This document shows positions 8,599-19,237 of a DNA stretch of 64,000 bases, piece after piece. The DNA is from Naegleria gruberi (lineage: Eukaryota): assembly GCA_000004985.1 (NCBI GenBank), contig GG738853.1, one strand, 5' to 3'. Every line of letters starts with the position of its first letter. The stretch's first letter is position 1. A program made the position numbers and the translations under genes. The notes under the pieces are model-generated. The model was not told the origin of the DNA, ran no database searches, and saw only the letters and a program-made list of their open reading frames with translations.

Positions 8599-10513
8599 TT
8601 TTTTGTAAATTGTTGCTCCAAGTTAAGGTAATTTGTTGGAATGATTTTCTATTGGGTGATGATAAAGGTCGCGAAACAAAGGAATCCAATATCCAGAGGA
8701 TAATAATCTTACCTTGTTCCATCATCATGCAACAAACTTTGTGGCACAACACTCGATGAAAAACAGTACAAAATTGCAGCTAAATCTCTTCTACTGCATA
8801 GATTCTCGGGATGATGGGTTCGATATCGATAGTGAATGTGACTAAATAATACATGTTATCGGGCAGTGAATCTATCATTGTCTCTTTGCTTGTTTCTTTT
8901 TTGGAGATTTGGTCAAAAAGTTCTCAAAAGTTGGAATGGCGTTAGTTTAGACATGAAAGGAAATTATTACGCAAACAAAATGTCAGTTGCGGCACAACAA
9001 TTGATGGAATGTTGTGCAAGGGATGCATTGCCACATCATTATTTGGATCACATTGTGGACGACGCAACAATTTTTCATATGGATAATGATGATGAGAAAC
9101 AGTTGATGATGAATTTTCATATTAATATGGAAGAAGCAGAATTGAAATTAATATTGAATAGAAATTAATTTATTGAATATTTATTTGGAAAGTGTTGATG
9201 TTGATGATTGGGATTTGAGATTTTGTGCTGCATTTCTCTTTAGTATTTGGCGTGCTCGCCACGAAGCCTTGATCTTACTCCAATGATTCACTTTGAATGA
9301 GAAAAAGATGAATAAATTGGAAGTTACTGGTGAAGTCAAGTGCATAATAACCTATTTATTCATCATCAGTTAGGATTTTTCAATATATTGCTACTAAACT
9401 TACTTGAATGAATGGATGAGTGAAAGGACTGGTCATTGTATGTGGAGGCAATTTTTAAAAAATTTTGAAATGATAATGCCGATTTTGGCGCCAAATTTGG
9501 AAATGGTCGACGTATCCCAACATTTGAGAGATCTAAGAATAAAAAATCAATTAAAAATATTTTTACATGCTGCATGAGATTAAAAACGGGTTGAAACATG
9601 CATGTTGGGCTTTGATGACTTTAGGAGAACTGTTTTACCTTAATGATGAGCACCAACTGGATGATGTTTAAATGATTTGAATTTTAAATAAAAAAAATGG
9701 AATTAAAATTATTAAAAAAAAATGGTGATGATTGCTGCCAGTTTTATTGGACCAAATCTTTCGAATGATGAAGAGAATGATTCTGTTGGAAAGTAAACTT
9801 TTTTTTCCGCAGTGTCTTGAGCATTTCAACCCGATGAACAACTAAATTCATGATCTTCGGTGAATACCTACAGAGATATTCGTCATATTATTACACTCAA
9901 TGGACACATTCAAATCATTTACATTTGCAATGATCGTTTAGACCATTGAATATTTGCTTGATTGATGTTATTTTTCAAGGAGTATCAACACAAACCTTAT
10001 ATTAATTAATATCTGTATTGTGGTCATGTTGTTTTGTTGTTTTGGTTGACTTGCAAAAAATTCCATTTCAAGTTCAAGGACTCAAATTTGTTCTAGCCAC
10101 TTTCCAAATTTTTTCACAGTATCTGATAATGTAGAGCTCCTTTGTAAGGGTCTTGCCAGCTATAATTGGAAATTATTAAAGCGAGAGGTGAAAGCATGGT
10201 TGGTTCGCAACAGATTAACACGCAGGGTTTGCCTTAAAAACGCCCTATTAAGGAAAGCCACCTTTTGTGAAGCTTGTCTCTATACTGAAATTCTTCTTTT
10301 TTGTCATTGCGTTTTAGGAACACTTGCTGGGAACTTTTTCTCTACTGGTTTAGCGCCACCTTCCAACGTTATAAGCCTTAATTCAAACCAAAAAAAAACA
10401 GCCAACATCAACGCTTACCATCTATTAATGGTTATTTTTTCACGATAAGCGATAAAAACAACAACAATAATAAACCAAAAATTATAGCAGCAATCAATAC
10501 ATCATCATCTCAG

Positions 10514-13500
10514 ATGACCACTCATTCCTTGGGAAGTAATGGAAGCTATGCTGTTGAGGTTGATGATCACACACCGAATATATCGGCCTCAATAGGGTTG
10601 GCCGGTATGCCAAGAGGATCAGCCTCAGTACTTTCAGCAGATAATCAAACTTCACTCACAGCTGGAGCAGCAGCTTCACTGTTAAACGACGGCGCCTCTA
10701 TGTGGAATTCATTCGAGGAGAGTGCCACTAACTTTATGTTAAATATTTACGAGAAGACAAAAATTCACCAAACAAATTGGTATAACTTTACCTATAACCT
10801 AGTATTGTACATTTATCTCCTTTGGACAATGATGTTTCTTCCCGGATTGGCAGACGAAGAATATAATTGGGGAGAATATTCGCATTGGATCTTTAAGGCA
10901 GCAAATTATCCAGTTTCTCTATCCCTAAACTTGGTTTCGTATGAAGTCATTATTGTGATATTTTGCTGTTTTGTCCTTCTAATATGTGTCTACTTTATTC
11001 TGTTTTTTGTTGGCTATAGGGCAAGCTTACTAGCAAACAAGCACTGGAAAAAGATCAAGCTTGCCATAAGAATCATTCATGGATTTCTCACACTTACTTC
11101 CTTAATTTATACCTATGTGTTTGGTGCCTTTATAGATTGCAATTATGGAACCTCTGTAAATTTAGATGGTTATGATAGACCTGTTGAAGTATTGAGGAGG
11201 CACCCAACCATTGCCTGCAGTGGTGCAGTTAATTCAACTCTCATTTCTGTCGGTTCTATATTCTTCATGTTACTACTTGTTATTCAGTTGATCTCTGTTT
11301 TAACAATGTCGGAGGATAATCCGAGTGGCAAGAATGCCTTTGCAACAGACAAGGTCTACTACTTGTTTCCATTCATTGCAACACAATGCATTTACATTAT
11401 ACTAGTTTGTGCAATACCTCCAACCTATAACTATGTCAAGCCGGTTATTTACCTTGCCTTATGTATTCTACATGTGCCCTACCATTTGTGGTTGTTACCT
11501 TATTTTAAAAGAGTGGAGAATACTCTCTTCTTTGGCTTTGTTGGTGCCAGATTGGGAGGAGCTGTTGGTTTTCTGGTCTCTAGCTTGGTCTCTACTGATG
11601 ATTCAAATTGGACTCTTGGTTTGGGCATGATGGGTCTCACGATTGGCCTTATGCTTGTATGCTTTGTAGTTTTTGTTGTTGCAGCAGAGATTTATATTGG
11701 TATTCTATACAGTTCTATCAGAAGAGGTGTTATTCAAACTATTAAGGTTTCGGTTGATTTTAGTCAAGCCCAAACAGTCAGATCCTCCATCGAAAGAGAA
11801 GCATCTGGTCTCTATCAAAAATTTGAAAAGGATGGTAAACTGAGAGCCTTCAACCTCTTCTTGAAATTCTCAATGAGATCAGGTAGAAAGGCTTTTGGAG
11901 ATTTTCAACTTTCTGATGTTGAAATTGCTCTTGCTTTGATTAAGGGTGTTTCATCTCAAAAGTGTGCCAATAATGTTGATATTCTGATTACCTCAGCGTT
12001 GGTTGTAGCTTACTTTTTACCAAACTTCACCAGTGTCATACTGGCAGGTGGTATTGTCAGAAAGGTTGCCAAGCTCAAGTCCAATCCATTGAAAAAGTAC
12101 ATTATTACCCAAAGAACAAAGGAAATTGAATTCCTCAGTGGAGAAGACTTGTCTGGTAAGAACATTATGGAAATTAAGAATATTATTGGAAGACTGGAAA
12201 AGAAGCAAGAATTGGTTCTCCTTCTTCACAAATCATTCTGGAAGGAAATGATCAATGAATCTTTAGAAATTACCAAGATTGAAACAATCAACAGAAAGAT
12301 TGCTGAATTGGTGCACTCTTGTCAAAGCTCTTATGATATTCTCATATCCAATTACAACAATGAAAAGTCAGTGATTAGATCATATGCCAGATTTGTTGAA
12401 GACTACAAGTTTGATCCAGAAAAAGCTCAAGAAATGTACCACGAAGCAAACATTATTGAAGAGGAAGAAGCTGTCAATAGAAGACATCAATTATCAAAAA
12501 CCTTAAAGAACAAGTATACATCCAATCGTGTAGTGCCACTTCCAAATCAATTCTCTGTAGCCTCTAATATTAGGGGAGGTGGTGGTGGTTTTGAAAGTGA
12601 AGATGAAGATAAGGGATACTTTGAAAAGATCGACATGAACAAGCAAGGCCACTCTTCTGACTCTAGATTAGATGACATGGACTTTGAAAATGAAAAGTTT
12701 GAAGGTGTAGAGGAAAACGCAGCCACAGCACAACAAAAGAAGGAATTTCTCTTTAGAACTGCACTTTCATCTTCCATGTATAATAAGCCTCAATTTATTA
12801 CCTTTGTTGTTTTTGCTTCAGTTTCATTGATCATACTAACAATTGGTCTTATCCTTGGATTGGTGTTCTCTACTGGTGTAACATCTGATATTGCTCTTTC
12901 AAATGATGTGTGTATTCCTGCTTCTGTTCCTCTCTCAGTTCTTATGTACATTAGAAAAAAGCAATTGCACGATAATATTAAGGAATACTCAATGTCATGG
13001 AATACAGAAAACACAGCCAGAGTAGATAAGCAATGTAACAAGCTCTCAAATCTGTATTCTATTGGTATGAATACTTTCTCTGAATCAGTCCGATCTGACT
13101 ATACTAGAGGCACCAGATTACTCAAACAACCTGTGTTGATTTATTCCTCAACAAATACTTCAGAATACACTGGTTACTCTACATCCAGAAATTCGACTAT
13201 TGCAGAAATTACAAAAGCATTGGTAAAAATGTGTAGTGCCTATGATAACTACTCAGAGGAAAGATATAAGCAAACAGTATCTGATTACAATTTTATGTTC
13301 CTTTATCAAAACAGAATAAGTTTTTCCTCATCTTATGAAAGCTTTTGCTCTGAATATCTGGACAGAAATGGAGAAAAATCCTCAACATACAGAACTATCT
13401 TTTTAATCTATTACATTTCCACAACAGCTTTATATATTCTTAGTGCCTTCTCAGTGATTGCATTCACTAGATACCACCTTACCTCACTGAATGATTCTAT

Positions 13501-15844
13501 CAAGTTGATAGGAAGTTCAATTTCAAAAGATAAGGTTGGTAAAATCTATCACAAGTTGGAAGGTAAAGTTGAGGAAGATCTACAAATAGGTTCAGATGGA
13601 TTCTTTTCCATGTTTGTTAAACCAAATAACTCTATTTCTATAATGGTTATTTTTATGATTTGTATTACAGCCATTTGCGTCACCTTGTTCTTTATTGAAA
13701 CGATCATTAATTCAAACAATTCCTCCATGGCCATTCAAAATATTCAATTCAGTGTAAATATTATGATGACTGCCCACAGAGTTGGTCTCAGATTGGGAGA
13801 ACTTTTCATTTTCAAATCTAAATTCCCTTCGACTCCTATGAATGATAGGCATTTAACTACAGATGATGAATTAGCACAATTCCACAAAGACAATAAGAAC
13901 CTAGCAAGCTTGATGCAGAGCTCGTGGTACTCTTTACTTTTTGGTACATCAGATAATGATAACGATAAGTTATTTGGAAAATATCCAGATATTGATCAAC
14001 TTATTCAAGGAACCTGCAAGAGTACATCAAACACAACATCCAATAGTACAACGTGTGTTGGTTTGGATGATTTGGTTTCATATTTGACAAGTTCTTCAGC
14101 CCTCTTTAATGAGGATGTCTTCTATGCCAGTTCTACCTTTAACCAATCAGATTTATTCACACGTATGGAATCCATCTATTCTGATGTAGATTTACTTGCC
14201 CAAAAGCTCGAAAGTTTGATTCAAATTTATTCCAAGTACAATTCTGTTCCTTCAATCACTATCACAATTGTTTTTGGAATATTGGGATATGCTTCATTGG
14301 TAACCGCTATTTGGTTCACTTCAAGATCTATGACATCTTTCTGGAGAGAATATCAACAATTAAGAATGATGTTGAGCTACTTTACACCTGAAGTATTGGA
14401 AGAGAATGAACAACTCAAGAACTTTGTTCTCTTCAAGTCATTGCCAGGTAGATTATCTGAACTATTCAAGAGTAAGAAATCATCAGGTGACACCTCCAAC
14501 AATGAAGACTCACATGTTAAAAGTATTCTTGAAGCTGCTGTAGATGGAGCTGTATTGTGTAATTCTCAATGTGAAGTTACCATTTTCAATCCTTCTGCTG
14601 AAAGATCATTTGGTTTCAAGAAGAGTGATATTATGGGTTTACCTATATACACACTCTTTGATGAATCAAGCCACACCAAGATGAGAAAGATCATATCTGG
14701 TATGTTAGCAAAGAGTGGTAATGATGGTGAGTCTATTGAGGTTGAATGTGTTCGTAAGAATCAAACAAAATTCCCAGCCAAGATTAATATCTTTTCAAGT
14801 AAGATTGGTTCTGACACTGTAATTGTCTCCTTTATTAAGGATATTACTCCTGAAAAGAAGCAAAATATGCTGTTGGAAGAAGAAAAGAAGAAATCAGATT
14901 CACTCTTGTTGAACATTTTACCAGAAGCTGTAGGTGTTCGTCTTAAGAGTGGTGAAACTTTTATTGCCGAAAAGTTCAATGATGTCACTTGTTTCTTCAG
15001 TGATATGGTTGGTTTTACAAGTATTTCATCCAATATGAGTCCAACTGATCTAGTTAAAATGTTAAATACTATTGTCAATGGATTCGACTCACTTACAGAC
15101 ACTTTCCATTTGGAAAAGATTAAGACAATTGGTGATGCCTATTTTTGTGTAGGTGGTATTCACGGTTCTGCAACTTCGGATCACCCTGAAAGAGTTCTTC
15201 GTTTTGCCATGGCCACATTCGCTGTAGTTCATGACTACAACCTTGAAAATTTGGCCAATAAGGAAAATTCAAATCCAAGTCTCCTTAATATACGCATAGG
15301 AATTAATACTGGTAGTGTTGTCGGTGGTGTTATTGGTACAAAGAAGTTTGCCTATGATATGTGGGGTGATACTATCAATGTTGCAAGTAGAATGGAATCC
15401 ACATCCTTGCCAGGAAGAATTCAAGTTTCCAGATCTACCTATGAAAGAGTATATGATATGGGTTATGAATTTGAGGAACGTAGAATTGAAGTTAAGGGTA
15501 AAGGAAGCACTCAAACCTACATGCTCAACAATATGTATCACAAGAATCCATTGGATGCAAATGGTTTCTCTAATGTTAATAATGTTGTTGTTACTGCTTC
15601 TGCTGCTGTTTCATTACCACCACAACCTTCCCAAGGCAATAACAGTACAAACAATCTTAACAATAATAGCATGGCCTACAATAACCAAACAAGTAATAAT
15701 GGAAGTGGAGATCATTTGGAAGAATCAGATGATGATGACGATTTGAGAAGATCATCCAATAATGTAGTTGTTCTTGGCCGCAATAGGAATCCACCAAGTC
15801 ATACAAGCCACACAAGTAGTGTAGATGATATCTTGATGGAATAA
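10514..15844 (+). CDS. polytopic membrane protein with a PAS domain and one class III nucleotidyl cyclase catalytic domain (predicted adenylyl cyclase)
   Basis: 1776-aa single ORF with a real ATG. Two clusters of hydrophobic helices lie at about aa 90-400 and aa 770-1000. A PAS-like segment is present (ILEAAVDGAVLCNSQCEVTIFNPSAERSFGFKKSDIMGLPIYTLF). The cyclase core is FSDMVGFTSIS...EKIKTIGDAYFCVGG...YDMWGDTINVASRMESTS. Both metal-binding Asp residues, the Lys of KTIGDAY, the Asp of YDMWG (adenine-specifying pair) and the Asn/Arg of the transition-state motif are present. Confidence 0.8.
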   Translation: MTTHSLGSNGSYAVEVDDHTPNISASIGLAGMPRGSASVLSADNQTSLTAGAAASLLNDGASMWNSFEESATNFMLNIYEKTKIHQTNWYNFTYNLVLYIYLLWTMMFLPGLADEEYNWGEYSHWIFKAANYPVSLSLNLVSYEVIIVIFCCFVLLICVYFILFFVGYRASLLANKHWKKIKLAIRIIHGFLTLTSLIYTYVFGAFIDCNYGTSVNLDGYDRPVEVLRRHPTIACSGAVNSTLISVGSIFFMLLLVIQLISVLTMSEDNPSGKNAFATDKVYYLFPFIATQCIYIILVCAIPPTYNYVKPVIYLALCILHVPYHLWLLPYFKRVENTLFFGFVGARLGGAVGFLVSSLVSTDDSNWTLGLGMMGLTIGLMLVCFVVFVVAAEIYIGILYSSIRRGVIQTIKVSVDFSQAQTVRSSIEREASGLYQKFEKDGKLRAFNLFLKFSMRSGRKAFGDFQLSDVEIALALIKGVSSQKCANNVDILITSALVVAYFLPNFTSVILAGGIVRKVAKLKSNPLKKYIITQRTKEIEFLSGEDLSGKNIMEIKNIIGRLEKKQELVLLLHKSFWKEMINESLEITKIETINRKIAELVHSCQSSYDILISNYNNEKSVIRSYARFVEDYKFDPEKAQEMYHEANIIEEEEAVNRRHQLSKTLKNKYTSNRVVPLPNQFSVASNIRGGGGGFESEDEDKGYFEKIDMNKQGHSSDSRLDDMDFENEKFEGVEENAATAQQKKEFLFRTALSSSMYNKPQFITFVVFASVSLIILTIGLILGLVFSTGVTSDIALSNDVCIPASVPLSVLMYIRKKQLHDNIKEYSMSWNTENTARVDKQCNKLSNLYSIGMNTFSESVRSDYTRGTRLLKQPVLIYSSTNTSEYTGYSTSRNSTIAEITKALVKMCSAYDNYSEERYKQTVSDYNFMFLYQNRISFSSSYESFCSEYLDRNGEKSSTYRTIFLIYYISTTALYILSAFSVIAFTRYHLTSLNDSIKLIGSSISKDKVGKIYHKLEGKVEEDLQIGSDGFFSMFVKPNNSISIMVIFMICITAICVTLFFIETIINSNNSSMAIQNIQFSVNIMMTAHRVGLRLGELFIFKSKFPSTPMNDRHLTTDDELAQFHKDNKNLASLMQSSWYSLLFGTSDNDNDKLFGKYPDIDQLIQGTCKSTSNTTSNSTTCVGLDDLVSYLTSSSALFNEDVFYASSTFNQSDLFTRMESIYSDVDLLAQKLESLIQIYSKYNSVPSITITIVFGILGYASLVTAIWFTSRSMTSFWREYQQLRMMLSYFTPEVLEENEQLKNFVLFKSLPGRLSELFKSKKSSGDTSNNEDSHVKSILEAAVDGAVLCNSQCEVTIFNPSAERSFGFKKSDIMGLPIYTLFDESSHTKMRKIISGMLAKSGNDGESIEVECVRKNQTKFPAKINIFSSKIGSDTVIVSFIKDITPEKKQNMLLEEEKKKSDSLLLNILPEAVGVRLKSGETFIAEKFNDVTCFFSDMVGFTSISSNMSPTDLVKMLNTIVNGFDSLTDTFHLEKIKTIGDAYFCVGGIHGSATSDHPERVLRFAMATFAVVHDYNLENLANKENSNPSLLNIRIGINTGSVVGGVIGTKKFAYDMWGDTINVASRMESTSLPGRIQVSRSTYERVYDMGYEFEERRIEVKGKGSTQTYMLNNMYHKNPLDANGFSNVNNVVVTASAAVSLPPQPSQGNNSTNNLNNNSMAYNNQTSNNGSGDHLEESDDDDDLRRSSNNVVVLGRNRNPPSHTSHTSSVDDILME

Positions 15845-15897
15845 ACTTTAAGAACAGACGTCTCCTTAATGTGTGAAAATTAAAAACACAAATAAAA

Positions 15898-16008
15898 ATG
15901 TCTCAATATGAACTAGAGAAACAACTCGTCGATTCTTGTTCGGAAGGTAATGAACAGAAAGTAAGAGAATTACTTCAGAAGGGTGTTAATCCTAATTGTG
16001 TGGAAGAG
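15898..16008 (+). CDS. ankyrin-repeat protein, exon 1
   Basis: ATG at 15898 after aaataaaa. Translation is MSQYELEKQLVDSCSEGNEQKVRELLQKGVNPNCVEE, the start of an ankyrin repeat. A GTTTGT donor follows at 16009. Confidence 0.55.
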
Positions 16009-16130
16009 GTTTGTGTTTTTCATCATTCTCATCAGCAAACACAATAATATTTATTATTTAAATAATTCCAAAACATCATCACAAAACACAATAGTATGGC
16101 TATTCTCCGTTATATTGTTGTTCATACAAG

Positions 16131-16295
16131 GGTCATACCTCACTCATCAAATTACTAATCGATTGTGGAGCTAAAATTAATTATGCCAATGGTCCAACAA
16201 AGTGGACAGCCCTCTTTGCCTCTGTCTTTTCCAAACAAAAGTCAAGTGTAGAAATTCTACTCAAATTGGGTGCCAATCCAAACATTCCAAGTGAT
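16131..16295 (+). CDS. ankyrin-repeat protein, exon 2
   Basis: Acceptor ...ttcatacaag at 16130. The in-phase translation GHTSLIKLLIDCGAKINYANGPTKWTALFASVFSKQKSSVEILLKLGANPNIPSD is a canonical ankyrin repeat. A GTATGT donor follows at 16296. Confidence 0.6.
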
Positions 16296-16385
16296 GTATG
16301 TATTATTATATCATCCTCTTTCTCATCATCAAATATTAATATTATTTAAATTTTAATATTATAATAATATTAAACAACAACATAG

Positions 16386-17252
16386 AAAGGAGAAACACCA
16401 CTTCAATTTGCCAGAAAGCAAAAATTGGATGATCTTGCCGAATTACTCTCCAAGAATACATCTTCATCAGCAATACTTATTGATGATGATAATACAACAT
16501 TATCAAATCCTAGCCTTCCTCCATCCAATTCTAATTCTACAAACATTTCCGTAGTCTCTAATTCTTCTTCTTTATCATCAGCACAACATGTAAACAATAA
16601 TAATAACAATAATATTAGTAATAGTACTTCTATGATTACTAACAACAATAACAGCAATCATAATAATAGTAGTGTTGTTTCTAGTAATACTGTTCAACAT
16701 GCAGAAGAAGAAGGAAAACAAAATAATGATGAAGAGAATATTTGGGATATCATCAATGAAGGAATTAAACTTTCTGAAGATTTGGATGAGAAATTGAATG
16801 GACTTTCACTTTCGGATAAGAAGAGTAGAGTGGAAGAAGAGGAATTGCTCTTGTCTCCACTTGTATTCGAAAGTGAAAGTTTACAAGTGATTTCGTTTAG
16901 ATATCCTGATCATTTCACACATAAATTTGGTGATTTGGATTACACAACTAGAATGCTAACCATTCACTTTGTGTTGGAATCAACTTTATTGACAGAACAT
17001 TTAATTTCAAAATTACAAGGAAAGTTTAATGTTGGAAATGAATTTAAACTTGTGGAAAATCAAGTTCCAACAAGAAAGATTTCAATTAAATATCAAGTTT
17101 CAAAGGAGGTTGATTTGAATACTTTGAAAACCTCTATTACTGATATACATTCCAAAATTGGGAATGATATCAAGCCATTGAGATATTTACTCTTGATATT
17201 TTCAAAGAATAAGAAAGTGGTCAATCTGGAAGAGACAACCATCGATCTGTAA
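16386..17252 (+). CDS. ankyrin-repeat protein, exon 3 (poly-Asn/Ser-rich middle and C-terminal domain)
   Basis: Acceptor ...aacaacatag at 16385. KGETPLQFARKQKLDDLAELL continues in frame into the track ORF 16425..17252, whose listed M is a TTG. Confidence 0.6.
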   Translation, partial: KGETPLQFARKQKLDDLAELLSKNTSSSAILIDDDNTTLSNPSLPPSNSNSTNISVVSNSSSLSSAQHVNNNNNNNISNSTSMITNNNNSNHNNSSVVSSNTVQHAEEEGKQNNDEENIWDIINEGIKLSEDLDEKLNGLSLSDKKSRVEEEELLLSPLVFESESLQVISFRYPDHFTHKFGDLDYTTRMLTIHFVLESTLLTEHLISKLQGKFNVGNEFKLVENQVPTRKISIKYQVSKEVDLNTLKTSITDIHSKIGNDIKPLRYLLLIFSKNKKVVNLEETTIDL

Positions 17253-17791
17253 AACTATTTACAACCCCTTGGAGAGAAAGAACAACGGTGAGAAACGGAG
17301 GAATAATGTGCGCCTGGTTTTGAAGGATTTTTAACAAACGAAGGAACAACAGGCAAAAAGAGCAACAGAGAAGAACAACACAAAAACAATCAAGCATGTA
17401 CAAGAAATTTTACCAAGTCAAGAACAAGACAAATATTAACAATAAAGTTCAATTATTAAAATTTATAATAATTCATTATTAACATGAATTGATTCAAATA
17501 TATTTTTGATTCAATGTTTACAACTTGGCAACGGCCATGAATTTCTGAAATTGGAAGTGAGAGACTACGGCTGGTATGAAGTTTGGCATTTTTGGTTTTG
17601 GGTTGGAAAAGATTATGTGTCATGTCTTACCAGCATCCAGTGAAGAAACTTATAAATTATTGCATTTCTCAATAAATACTTGACAATTTCAGAATCTGAC
17701 TTCAAAAATCAAAAACTTTTCACACGATTACAATTCCACAATTGGCAAGTAGAATTGCAAATCTGTTTAATAGGTTTCCACAATAGAAAAA

Positions 17792-19237
17792 ATGCGCAAA
17801 ATCATTCTTGTGATCTGTGCAGTCCTCTTGCTGTGCAATATTTCTTCAGCACTTGCCATTGATCATCAACACGAGTTGGAAGCCATGTTAAATGTCGATT
17901 CATCAGCAACTCTCCCACTTCGTAATGAAATTCTCTCACGTTTTCAACGTTACTTACAATTACCTACTCAACAACCTTTTCCACAATACGAGCTTGCTAT
18001 TGATCATTTAGTTTCTTGGAGTAGAGAAATATTTCCATCACTCAACTCTGCCGAATGGGAAGAATTATCATCAGGAGTTAAGAAAATGGAAAGTTACAAT
18101 GCAGCAATTACTGTTTTTCGTTGCGAATCAACAAAACCAAATCTAATCTTGACATGGAAAGGTAAAAAGCCAGAGTTGGGATCAATTCTAATCAATTCAC
18201 ATATGGATGTTGTTCCTGTTGATGAATCACAGTGGACTTATCCTCCATTCGAAGCCAAATTAGAAACCATAACAGAAAGTGATGGAAAGACCAAGAGAAG
18301 AGTTTATGCCAGAGGTGCACAAGATATGAAAAATGTTGGAGCAGCTTACATGGAAGTTTTAAAGTTGTTGGTCAATTCGGAATATAAACCAGAGAGAACT
18401 TTACATGTTATATTTGTTGCTGATGAAGAAATTGGTGGACAAGATGGATGGGGTTGTTTGATTGGTGAAAGTCAAGCAGAATTGTGGAAATCTTTGAATG
18501 TAAGATTTGGATTAGATGAGGGATTATCCAGTGGATTGAACTCTGATGTCATTCCAATTTTCTATGGTGAAAAGGCCACATGGTTCTTTGAAATTACAGC
18601 CACTGGAAATGTTGGACATGGCTCTCAATTTATTCAAGATACAGCCACTGAAAAGATTTACAGATTACTGAGAGATAAGGTATTCCCATTCAGAGAACAA
18701 CAACAAGTTCAAATGAGATTACAAACAGAAAATGAGAAGAAAAAGTCATCTGCTAGCCACGTCATTTCTATCAATTTGACTGGTTTGAAAGCTGGACATA
18801 CCAATAAGGAGACTGGTGAATTTTCAAGCCCAAACGTAATTCCAAGAACTGCCACAGCTGTTTTTGATATGCGTGTTGCAACTCACTTGGATTTACATGA
18901 AGTTGATGCTATGCTTCATCAATGGGCTGAAAGTGTGAATGGCACTCTCAAATACTTGAAAAGATCAATGGAAAATGGATTGACTGATTTGGAAGATGAA
19001 ATGGTTAAAAGATTCCTCAAAGTTGTCAATTCCAAAATGACCACTAATTTAATGATTGTACCAGCAGGAACAGATGCCCGATTTCAAAGAAGTAAGGGTG
19101 TGAACGCACTTGGATATAGTTTCATGCCTTTCACCCAAAGTTTATTCCATAATAATGATGAATATCTTGATGAGGACATTTACATTCAATCTATCATTCA
19201 CTATGTTGATATTTTGAAAGAAATGTTATTGGAATAA
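17792..19237 (+). CDS. aminoacylase-1-like M20 metallopeptidase with an N-terminal signal peptide
   Basis: 481 aa with a real ATG. The N-terminus is a signal peptide (MRKIILVICAVLLLCNISSALA). ILINSHMDVVPVDESQWTYPPFEA...RVYARGAQDMKNVGAAYMEVLKLL matches ACY1 (LNSHTDVVPV...YARGAQDMKCV). Confidence 0.75.
   Translation: MRKIILVICAVLLLCNISSALAIDHQHELEAMLNVDSSATLPLRNEILSRFQRYLQLPTQQPFPQYELAIDHLVSWSREIFPSLNSAEWEELSSGVKKMESYNAAITVFRCESTKPNLILTWKGKKPELGSILINSHMDVVPVDESQWTYPPFEAKLETITESDGKTKRRVYARGAQDMKNVGAAYMEVLKLLVNSEYKPERTLHVIFVADEEIGGQDGWGCLIGESQAELWKSLNVRFGLDEGLSSGLNSDVIPIFYGEKATWFFEITATGNVGHGSQFIQDTATEKIYRLLRDKVFPFREQQQVQMRLQTENEKKKSSASHVISINLTGLKAGHTNKETGEFSSPNVIPRTATAVFDMRVATHLDLHEVDAMLHQWAESVNGTLKYLKRSMENGLTDLEDEMVKRFLKVVNSKMTTNLMIVPAGTDARFQRSKGVNALGYSFMPFTQSLFHNNDEYLDEDIYIQSIIHYVDILKEMLLE

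Noticed and set aside
8866-9168. 100-aa plus-strand ORF between the Oxa1 start and the cyclase upstream region
   Set aside because: No recognisable domain, and the first codon is not clearly a good-context ATG. It could be a small real gene (internal ATG near 8979), but I cannot support it.
17515-17640. Moderately GC-richer patch with partial inverted repeat (gctggtatgaag / cttaccagc) upstream of the aminoacylase gene
   Set aside because: The complementarity is short and imperfect. No tRNA (no GTTCGAATC T-loop with matching acceptor stem) or snRNA signature could be aligned by eye.
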